From NCBI GenBank assembly GCA_947626445.1, contig CANQSC010000002.1, positions 1 through 36,024 of the forward strand: DNA of 36,024 bases. The letters run 5' to 3'. Source of the DNA: an uncultured Bacilli bacterium (lineage in GTDB: Bacteria > Bacillota_I > Bacilli_A > RF39 > UBA660). The stretch's first letter is position 1, and each line of letters opens with the position of its first letter. Under the pieces are notes generated by a model. That model searched no databases. It saw nothing but the letters and a program-made list of their open reading frames with translations, and was not told the origin of the DNA. The translations under genes and the position numbers were made by a program. Shown here in pieces: positions 9,096 to 17,900 of the stretch.

Positions 9096-11578
9096 TATTC
9101 ATCACTACTTGAAGATGGGCAATCGTCTGATTCACCCATATAATAAAGTTGAAGTGGTGTTGCAAAAACATTAATTCTAAGTCTATTTTTATTAGTTATA
9201 TTGACTAAAAATTGCCCCTGTCCACATCTACTTAAAAACGATTTTTGAGTTTCAGTTAATGGAGTATTGGCATATATTTTTTCGATAGCCCCTATATCAT
9301 TATCCTTTAACATACCAGTAATTTGATATTGGCAATTTCCAAATAAACTAGAAGCATGTCTTAAAACTCCTGCTGAACTTGTTAAATCTAAAGGTTGTTG
9401 TGTTGCTACAACTATTCCAGCATTGTATTTTCTAAGTCGTCTACTCATTTGACCGAAATATTTTAATAACGTTGGATTATCTTCATCAATAAAATAATGA
9501 AATTCATCTACAACAATTAACAAATTTTGCTTTTTATTCTTCTTATCATTTTTCTTTTTATTATCAACAATTTCATTACTCAAATAAGTAAGTAAATTAA
9601 TCATTTGAGTATTGATTAATCTTCTGCTTGAATTAAATAATAATTCTTGCAAATTAAAAACGACTAGATTATTACTTAAATCAATAGTCGTTATACCATT
9701 ATAAAGATTTCCATCTTGACCTGTTACCATTCTTTTTAATAGAACTTCAATGTTAACTAAAATTCTTTCTAATTCATCTGTTTTAGTATTTTTTTGTTGT
9801 TCTAGTAAATAAGCATATAAATCAGAAAATATTGGATAATCTTTTGCACTCATATTTTCAAATTCTTCTAATGTTGTCTTTTTAGTTATACCTCTACTAT
9901 TATAAAATTTCTCTACAATATCAAGTAACACTACTAACTCTTTTTCGGATATATCTTCAAAAGCAGTAATAAAGAAATTCTCTAAAAATCCTAAATGTTT
10001 TCCAAGAATAGATGTTTCACCATCATCATCTGTTGAAACATATCTTATCTGTAATGGATTAATGAGTGATTTACTTGATAAATCTATATATTCTCCACCA
10101 CATCTATTGGTAAGTTTTTCAAGTTCATTTTCTATATCAAAAAGAAAAAGTTTAGTTCCTCTTGCAAATTCATTTGTAATAAGCAATTTAAGAAGAAAAC
10201 TTTTCCCCGAACCAGTTGTACCAATAACACTCATGTTATGACCAGTTCTATTTTTGGTTAAAGCAAATTGATCAAAAAATGTAGGTAGTCCATAATTAGA
10301 ATCTTCTCCTATTAACCAACCTGTTGAATCATTGTGATAATTTTCTGTAAAGAAAAATGCTGAAGCCAAAGTAGATGTTGGCAAATACATTGCATAATCT
10401 GATAATCCTTTATCAGTTAATTCAAAACCTTGCCATGCTGACAGTTGCCTTAATGTAGGCACATCAACTTTAATTTGATATAGTTCTGCATTTGTTTTTA
10501 TTTCTTTTAATATTTCATCGCGTTGTTTTTTATTTCCAGATATAGCTAAAATAACTGATACTTCTTTTACTTTTTCATCATTTGAAGATATTTGTTCTAT
10601 CAATAATTTATAGTTATTCATAAGTGATTGCATCTCTGTTACATCACTTAAATTTTTAGAAGAATTAAAATCGGCTAAAACTGCTTTAAAACTTGAATTT
10701 AAAACATTTAATAATTTTGATTGTTCTATTGTATCTTTAATTGTTACACTTGCTTTAACATTTGGTAAATTAATAATTCTGTCTAAAAAGCCATGTTCTA
10801 TAAATAATGGATAATTTTTAATTGATACCATCTGTATATCTTCGTTATCTACTTTAAGATATGATGGCATTTCTGATATTCTTAGTGGCGATAATAAGTC
10901 AACAAAATCATAATACATTATTTGATCTAAATTAGTATTAGAATAATACATATTTGCCAACACTTTTATTAATCGTTTTTTATTATCAATTAACTCAATG
11001 TCAAGTTTAGGGACAATAGAATCACAAACTCCTTCAAAATCTTCTTTTGCTTTATCCAAAGCCTCTTTATTTTTAGTAATGATTGCAAAATAATAGGAAC
11101 TAGCTGATGTCATATTTTCTCTTTCAATCATTTCAATAAAATTATGATTATTGATTAACAAATTCATTCTTATTTTATTATCGCTATTTTCTTCAATTAA
11201 CTTCTCATAATTATCTTTATTAATATTAAGATTAATTTTTTCATCAAATTTATAGGCTTTTATAACAAAAGGCAATCGATATAATTGTGATAAAGTATGA
11301 AAGAATATCTTTTGTTCATTATCATTTGTAAGAGATAAATCTATTGGACTAACTTTATAAAGTAATGCTACTTGATTTGTTTTTAATTTTATAAGTCCGT
11401 TATCTGTTATTTCTTTAACATTGATAAAAATTTGAGAATTTTGAATTTTTTTCTTTAAAACATTTTTACTAAGGTATAAATCTTTTTTCTTTTCCTTAAT
11501 TTTCTTAACATTTTTTTCTTCTTTTTTCTTTTTTCTTAATTCACGAGTTTTTAATCTTTCCTCAATATTTTTAATAAT
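9095..11578 (-). CDS. virB4: VirB4-like T4SS ATPase (TcpF / Tn916 Orf16 / PrgJ class), about 827 aa with N-terminal extension
   Basis: Walker A GTTGSGKS (10201-10224) and Walker B LLIVVDEFH. The frame stays open for 101 codons upstream of the track TTG start at 11275. That stretch encodes ITDNGLIKLKTNQVALLYKVSPIDLSLTNDNEQKIFFHTLSQLY, which is typical of Gram-positive VirB4 N-termini. The only SD-spaced start is ATT 11578, with GGAGG at 11586-11590. Confidence 0.8.
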   Translation of the reverse strand: MIKNIEERLKTRELRKKKKEEKNVKKIKEKKKDLYLSKNVLKKKIQNSQIFINVKEITDNGLIKLKTNQVALLYKVSPIDLSLTNDNEQKIFFHTLSQLYRLPFVIKAYKFDEKINLNINKDNYEKLIEENSDNKIRMNLLINNHNFIEMIERENMTSASSYYFAIITKNKEALDKAKEDFEGVCDSIVPKLDIELIDNKKRLIKVLANMYYSNTNLDQIMYYDFVDLLSPLRISEMPSYLKVDNEDIQMVSIKNYPLFIEHGFLDRIINLPNVKASVTIKDTIEQSKLLNVLNSSFKAVLADFNSSKNLSDVTEMQSLMNNYKLLIEQISSNDEKVKEVSVILAISGNKKQRDEILKEIKTNAELYQIKVDVPTLRQLSAWQGFELTDKGLSDYAMYLPTSTLASAFFFTENYHNDSTGWLIGEDSNYGLPTFFDQFALTKNRTGHNMSVIGTTGSGKSFLLKLLITNEFARGTKLFLFDIENELEKLTNRCGGEYIDLSSKSLINPLQIRYVSTDDDGETSILGKHLGFLENFFITAFEDISEKELVVLLDIVEKFYNSRGITKKTTLEEFENMSAKDYPIFSDLYAYLLEQQKNTKTDELERILVNIEVLLKRMVTGQDGNLYNGITTIDLSNNLVVFNLQELLFNSSRRLINTQMINLLTYLSNEIVDNKKKNDKKNKKQNLLIVVDEFHYFIDEDNPTLLKYFGQMSRRLRKYNAGIVVATQQPLDLTSSAGVLRHASSLFGNCQYQITGMLKDNDIGAIEKIYANTPLTETQKSFLSRCGQGQFLVNITNKNRLRINVFATPLQLYYMGESDDCPSSSSDE

Positions 11579-11599
11579 ATTCTAACCTCCTTCTATTTA

Positions 11600-11863
11600 T
11601 TATTTATAAAAATAATAATGCTTATCTTTAAACAAGTATTTAACAAACAAAAAAAATAATTTATACATTCTATTACATTTGCTAAAATCCATTGGTATTA
11701 GCGATAAAACTCCTAAAGAAATGATTACAATTGCTATAGTATAAATTTTAAGTAAAAATAAAATTGTAAAAATCAACCCAAAAATACTTCCTATAAGTAA
11801 ATCTTCAAATTCTAAATTAAATAATCCTAAATTTCTTTTTATACTTTTTAATGTTATATACAT
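11600..11863 (-). CDS. small two-TM protein, VirB3/TcpE-like, 87 aa
   Basis: Two hydrophobic helices (LLIGSIFGLIFTILFLL and IAIVIISLGVLSLI). Its position directly upstream of VirB4 matches Gram-positive T4SS loci. Confidence 0.5.
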   Translation of the reverse strand: MYITLKSIKRNLGLFNLEFEDLLIGSIFGLIFTILFLLKIYTIAIVIISLGVLSLIPMDFSKCNRMYKLFFLFVKYLFKDKHYYFYK

Positions 11864-11880
11864 ACCTTTTCATCCCTTCT

Positions 11881-13545
11881 TTAAATTCTATCTGATTCAT
11901 TTCCATAATCACTAATTTTAGGTCTTGAACGATAACGAACACTACGTGGATTTCCAATATTTTTGATGCTATTAAATGCCCCATCAAAGCCATTTTTAAT
12001 ATTGTTAATTCCTTCTTGCGCAAGAGATAGTCCGCCTTTTATATAATCAACATTATATTTATTATTAGTAAAGTCCCATTTACTTGCAGCATTTTTAATA
12101 TTTCCTTCACCACGAGACTCAAGCATTCTACCATAAGCACGTGCAATTGGATTTCCACTTTGCTGTAAATCCGCACCCTTCATCATTTGACCCAAACCTT
12201 TGCCAACTTTATCATTCATTCTTCTGGAAATACTAGCATTCATATTTGGATAAGCACCAGCTACACCATGATACATTCCTTTTGCTGTTTGTCCTGCCCC
12301 CTTTGCAAGTTGACCAATTCCTTTTCCTACTTTAACTGTTCCTTTAGCAGTTGCTATTCCAGCACCAATTGTTCCCATTCCTAAACCTGCTGCAGCTGCT
12401 ATTCCTCCACCTAAACCACGCATAGCCATCATCATATCACGACCACTATTTGCTGAAACATTTTCACCAATGAATCTATTAAGTGAAGTACATCCAGTCA
12501 TAAGCATCATTGCACATCCTAAATATAAAACCGATTGGGCAACTACCTTGGTAAAATAACTCAAATTATTTATATCTGTACTATTTTGAATTGCATTAAA
12601 CATAATTGAAGTTAAACCAATTAGTAACATCATAGCACCAGCTTGTAAAACTAAAGAAGTTAATTGCTGATATAAAGCTGATCTTTGTTCTTTTCTTCCA
12701 ACTGAGGTTGCTATGACAAGTGGCGATATAACCATTAAAAAAGCCAGTTCTAATTGCCTTCTACCAAGCATCAAAACTGAAAAACCAATTGCAAATAAAA
12801 AAATTGCTCCTATAACTATTCCAAATAAAAAGTTATAATTGAAAGCATAATCTTCACTATCATTCCAAATTCCCGGTTTATATATTCCACACCTATAAGA
12901 AAATGCACCACTATCCGAGACATCTGTAGCTGTTATTGTTTCATTTCTAACTAGACCTTCAAAATCTTTCATTGTACTAGCAGATGAAGTGTTTGCATAT
13001 CCTTCTAATTTTTCTTTTAAACCTTTAACATTCTTTTTATCCACTGAATCACCACCACTAACTTTATAGCATGACTCATTGATAGATAAATAAGCAGTTT
13101 TCATCTTATCACCTATTGTAGAATTAGCTGTGTTAAAGTTATTATAAATAGCATTTGATAAATTTACCCCTATATTGATACTTGTATTAAATATAAGATA
13201 TATTGAAAATATTAAAAAGCCGCATTTAATTATTTCTTTTACTAACTCAAATAAAGACTGCTCGTTACTATCAGCATCCAATATTCTAAAAGTTAATTTC
13301 CATACAGAAAATAAAAACAGTACTGCAAACGCGAGTATAAAAAAAGCATTAAATATTTTAGTAAATGGAGAATTATCAATATTTTTAAGCATTTGTATAA
13401 AATTTAAACTATTTATACTATGGGCGACATCATATAAAACATCTATTGTTTTAAAGATAATATTGACAATTCCCATTCCTAAACCTCTTAATATATCAAG
13501 TACACTATATTTAATATCACTAGCTATACTTAATGTATAAATCAT
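11881..13545 (-). CDS. polytopic membrane protein, VirB6/TrbL-like channel component, 554 aa
   Basis: At least six hydrophobic segments and a Gly/Lys-rich C-terminal tail (GKGIGQLAKGAGQTAKG, KVGKGLGQMMKG). AGGAG lies 5 nt upstream of the ATG. The call rests on synteny with VirB3/VirB4. Confidence 0.55.
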   Translation of the reverse strand: MIYTLSIASDIKYSVLDILRGLGMGIVNIIFKTIDVLYDVAHSINSLNFIQMLKNIDNSPFTKIFNAFFILAFAVLFLFSVWKLTFRILDADSNEQSLFELVKEIIKCGFLIFSIYLIFNTSINIGVNLSNAIYNNFNTANSTIGDKMKTAYLSINESCYKVSGGDSVDKKNVKGLKEKLEGYANTSSASTMKDFEGLVRNETITATDVSDSGAFSYRCGIYKPGIWNDSEDYAFNYNFLFGIVIGAIFLFAIGFSVLMLGRRQLELAFLMVISPLVIATSVGRKEQRSALYQQLTSLVLQAGAMMLLIGLTSIMFNAIQNSTDINNLSYFTKVVAQSVLYLGCAMMLMTGCTSLNRFIGENVSANSGRDMMMAMRGLGGGIAAAAGLGMGTIGAGIATAKGTVKVGKGIGQLAKGAGQTAKGMYHGVAGAYPNMNASISRRMNDKVGKGLGQMMKGADLQQSGNPIARAYGRMLESRGEGNIKNAASKWDFTNNKYNVDYIKGGLSLAQEGINNIKNGFDGAFNSIKNIGNPRSVRYRSRPKISDYGNESDRI

Positions 13546-13553
13546 ACTAGCTC

Positions 13554-13934
13554 CTATTTCAATGTATCAATAACAAAGTTAATAATACTTGGAACTAATA
13601 TAAGTAAAGCTACACCACCTAAAGTATAAAGAATCGTTTTCTTACGTCTTTGTTTTGTCTCATCATCGCCAATAATAAATTGAATAACAAAAACAATTAA
13701 AGCAATAAATGAAATAACAATTCCAAAAATTTGAACTTTAGTAGCTAAATTTTTAATAATAGCCCCTAATGAATCAATGGTAATATTTCCGCCCTCAATT
13801 TTTTCTACTGCATAAACAGAAGGTATATTACTTACTAAACCGATTATAAAGGTAAATATAGCTATCATTTTTAAATTAATTTTATCTTTTATTTTATTTA
13901 ATTTGTTTTTCAAAAATATCCCCCTTTTCTTCAT
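13554..13934 (-). CDS. small secreted/membrane protein, VirB2/TrbC pilin-like, up to 126 aa
   Basis: Signal-like segment IAIFTFIIGLVSNIPSVYA followed by two hydrophobic helices. Directly upstream of the VirB6-like gene. Start is uncertain, because TTG 13913 has better SD spacing. Confidence 0.45.
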   Translation of the reverse strand: MKKRGIFLKNKLNKIKDKINLKMIAIFTFIIGLVSNIPSVYAVEKIEGGNITIDSLGAIIKNLATKVQIFGIVISFIALIVFVIQFIIGDDETKQRRKKTILYTLGGVALLILVPSIINFVIDTLK

Positions 13935-13943
13935 CTATAATTA

Positions 13944-14537
13944 TCACAATTCCTTATTACTATCTTTTTCTTTTAGTGAATCATAATAATCTAGTATCAT
14001 TTTTAGATTATTTTTAAGTAACTCTGATTCTTCATCTTCATACTTAGTTTTTAAATCTTCAATCAATCCTTTATTTTCTTTATTAAATGTATAAACACCA
14101 TCATATAAAGTACAAGCTGTATTGTTATCAACAATTAAATAACAAATACCATCTTCTAAACCTTTTTTATTCTTTCTATTTTCTTGGTCTTGTTCTTGAA
14201 CTAATTTATCAAGACTTTCAAGAGAATATCTTGCCGAAGGTATATTTACATCACTTGTTCTTAAAACGATTGCAACAATATCTAAATCCACATCAGATAC
14301 CTCCCTATCAAATTTAAATCCTAATTTTTTTGCCGCCTTTTCATCAAGTTTTAAATAATCATGTTTTGACATATTGGAATTGATAGATGAGAAAACAGAT
14401 ATTTTGTCTATATCTGTTTTCATGTAAACATCTAACTTTCCATCATTGTTATTACCATAAAACTTAAAATCTAAATTATACATATTATATAATTCTAATA
14501 ATTCAGCTAAACTATATATCTTATTTTTATCAATCAT
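13944..14537 (-). CDS. hypothetical protein, 197 aa
   Basis: ORF in the operon context. No motif recognised. Confidence 0.55.
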   Translation of the reverse strand: MIDKNKIYSLAELLELYNMYNLDFKFYGNNNDGKLDVYMKTDIDKISVFSSINSNMSKHDYLKLDEKAAKKLGFKFDREVSDVDLDIVAIVLRTSDVNIPSARYSLESLDKLVQEQDQENRKNKKGLEDGICYLIVDNNTACTLYDGVYTFNKENKGLIEDLKTKYEDEESELLKNNLKMILDYYDSLKEKDSNKEL

Positions 14538-14540
14538 AAA

Positions 14541-14918
14541 TTATTTAACCATTTCTTCTTCATTTACTTTTTTATTTTCTGTTTCTTGTGTTTTTGCATT
14601 TGCAATATGTTTATATGTTTCTACAATAGGATTAAAAGTATGTATTTTCTTGCCTTTTCCAATTTCTATTTCTTTATCATTAAAGTAACCTTCTAAACAT
14701 ATAATTGCTCCTTGCTTACTAAAACTACAAACTCTTTCGGCATCTTTATTCCATAAAGCATAATTAAGAAAATCAGTAACTTTTTTTCCGTCCTTATCTT
14801 TATAATTCCTATCAACTGCAAGAGTAATATTAGCCACTTTATTCCCATTTCCTACTTCTTTTATTTCTGGATTTTTTACTAATCTACCCATTACACAAAA
14901 CTTATTAATACTATTCAT
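14541..14918 (-). CDS. ssb: single-stranded DNA-binding protein (OB fold), 125 aa
   Basis: CVMGRLVKNPEIKEVGNGNKVANITLAVDRNY...TDFLNYALWNKDAERVCSFSKQGAIICLEGY aligns to the canonical SSB pattern (GRLt.dPe.r......va.ftlAv.R....dF....vW...Ae.....kKG..v.veG). Confidence 0.8.
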   Translation of the reverse strand: MNSINKFCVMGRLVKNPEIKEVGNGNKVANITLAVDRNYKDKDGKKVTDFLNYALWNKDAERVCSFSKQGAIICLEGYFNDKEIEIGKGKKIHTFNPIVETYKHIANAKTQETENKKVNEEEMVK

Positions 14919-14996
14919 TTTTCATTCCCCCTTAACTTTTTATTTATAGTAATAACAAAATCTATATAAAAACCAAACCCTTTCTATTCTTATATT

Positions 14997-17900
14997 TTAC
15001 TTTCTATTCTTTTTTCTAGTTGAAATAATAATTAAACTTGTTCCAACAAATACAATAATACCTGCAATAATATCAATATAACTATTTGATAAAGTATTAG
15101 GCACTTCTATTTCTTCTAACTCATTTACTAAAGTTTTTTCAATCACTGCACCATCTTTTGTTACATTAAAATAAATTTTTTCATCAGTTAATTTATATTT
15201 ATCGGCACTCTTTAATTCTTGAAAATAGTATTCGCCATACTCAAGTTCTAATTCAATATTACCATTTTTATCTGTAACATAAGCATTTATAAGAGTTCCA
15301 TCTTTCTTATATACCCCGATTGTTACACCTTCTATTGGCTTTTTATTTTCATCCACTTTATGTAAAATTATTTTAGAAGTAATAATTTTATCTTTCATAG
15401 TCGTTTTAATAATTTCGCCATTTTCTTTAATACTAAAATACATTTTTTCAGTATTTAAAGTATATGGTATTGGAGCATTTTTTTCTAATATATAATAATC
15501 ACCATATGGGATTTCTTCTATTACTATTTTGCCATTTTCATCAGTTGTACCTGTGTATATTAATTCATCTGTATTCGCATCATGAATTTCTATTTCAGTA
15601 TTTGGAATTGGTTTTTCAGTAGAAAAATCTTCTTTTGTGAATTCTAATCCTCCAGTAATTATTTCATCTTTCATTACAGCATTAACGATTTCACCATCAA
15701 TTCTAATTTCAAAATATACTGGTTCTTCGTTTAATAAGTAACCTTTTGGACTGCTGGTTTCCACTATTCTATATTTTCCATATTCGATATTTTCAATTAA
15801 AATTTTACCATTTTCGTCAGTTTTACCTTTGTAAACTAATTCATTTGTATCAATATTATAAATTTCTATTTCAGCATCAGGTAGTGTTTTTCCAGTTTTT
15901 AAATCCTCTTTAGTAAATAGAAGCCCACCAGTTATTTTTCTATCAGTCATCACCGCTTTATAAATTTGTCCATCTTTGGTAATTTCAAAATATATTGGTT
16001 CTTCGTTTAAGACATAACCATTTGGTGCGATTTTTTCAACTATTTTATAACGACCATATTCTAAGGCTTTTACTACAATTTTTCCGTTTTTATCAGTTAC
16101 ACCTTTAAATACTAACTCATTAGTATCAGCATTATATATTTCTATTTCAGCATTTGGTAAACTTTCACCTGTCGCAATATCTTCTTTGGTAAATTCTAAA
16201 TCGCCTTCATATTTTTTATTAGTCATTTTTGCTTTTACTACTTCGTTATTTTCTTTAATTTCAAAGTACACTTTTTCTTCATTTTTACGATACCCTGTTT
16301 TAGGCTCGTGTTCTAAAATATAGAATTTACCTTTAAATAAATTTTCAACAACAATTTTTCCATCTTTATCTGTTACACCAGAATATATTAATTCACCATT
16401 TTCAGTATAAATATCAATTGTTACTCCCTCAATTGGCTCACCAGTAGTTAAATCAGTTTTAGTAAATTCTAGTTTACCTTTTTTTAAATAATTTTTGTTT
16501 GTAAAAGACTTTGAAATAATTGGTGTATATTGGTCTTGATATTTTAAATCAACTTCATATACTTTTTCATCTAAAATATATTTATCTAAAGTTTTTAATT
16601 CTTTTAATGTATAATGACCTAATTTAATATTTTCAATTCTTATATAACCATTTGAATCGGTTGTATATTCTTGGATTAGATTACCTTTATCATCAAATAA
16701 ACCAAATGTCACATTAGGTAATGGAGCATCAATATATATAAAATTTCCATCTTTTATTTCAACTTTTTCGCCAATTTTATAAAGCTCAATTAATCCTTTT
16801 ACTTCTTGGTTAGCAAACTCTAAATCTAAAATATCTTCTTCCAAAGTTTCATCATAAACTATTTTAGATTTTTCGTTTATTTCAAACTCTAAACCGTTAC
16901 CATTCCAAACATAACCTTCAATTGGTTGGTCTACTTCTTCAAGTCGATATTTGCCTGGATATAAAATGTCTAATGTTATAAATTCACCATTGTTATCCGT
17001 TTCAAATTCACAATATTCTGCTACATCAGGATACGTTCCTTTTTGACAAACATATTTATTATTAGTAATATCAAAAATTTTAAATCTTATTCCTTTAATA
17101 GGTACTTCATTTCCATCAGTATCAACTTTCTTAACTCTAATTTTTGCTGAATATGGTTCATTTAAAAGGGTTATATATTCATTTTCTTTACTTTTTTCTG
17201 TAACAGAAAAATCTATATCTCTTGTTAATTTATAACCACTCATACCTTTAGTTTGGCGAATAATATAATCATCAAATGGAATTTCTACATAAGCTGTAGC
17301 TGATTCATCTATTACTAAAGTTGCTACTACTTTATTAAATGTTTTGCTTATAATATCAAAAGTTGCTCCTACTTCAGCATTTACACCTTTTTCTGTTAAA
17401 TATGTTTTATTGATGTGTAAATTTGTTGTATAAACTTCATCTTTCGATACAACATTAATGACACCATCAGCATTATCTTTAGTAACAGTAATTCGATATG
17501 TAGATGGATCTAAACGATAACCTAATGGACTAGTGATTTCTTTTACAGTATAATCACCAAGTAATAAAATTCTATCAGTTTCACCCTCACAATTATTTCC
17601 AATAGTTACCTTTGTTACAAGCCCACCTTTTGAGTCATATACTCCATATATTGCACCAGTTAATTTTGCTTTACCTTGTGGAGTACATGAATTATTATCT
17701 TTATCTAATTTTTTGATTTTAATTTTTCCTAAATAGATTTTATTGTATAAAGTTTTTGTTATTTCTAAACCTTCTTTTGTTACCTTAAAATCATATCTTG
17801 TACTATCTAGTTCATAATTTTTGCCAGCTTTTGTTTCAATTATATAATAATCACCTAATAGCAAGTCTGTTGCCTCAGCCTCACATTTTGAATCAATTAC

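Noticed and set aside
11817-12023. 68-aa minus-strand ORF spanning the VirB6-like / VirB3-like junction.
   Set aside because: It is an alternative frame overlapping the 3' end of the 554-aa gene and the 5' end of the 87-aa gene. It has no SD, and both overlapped genes have better support.
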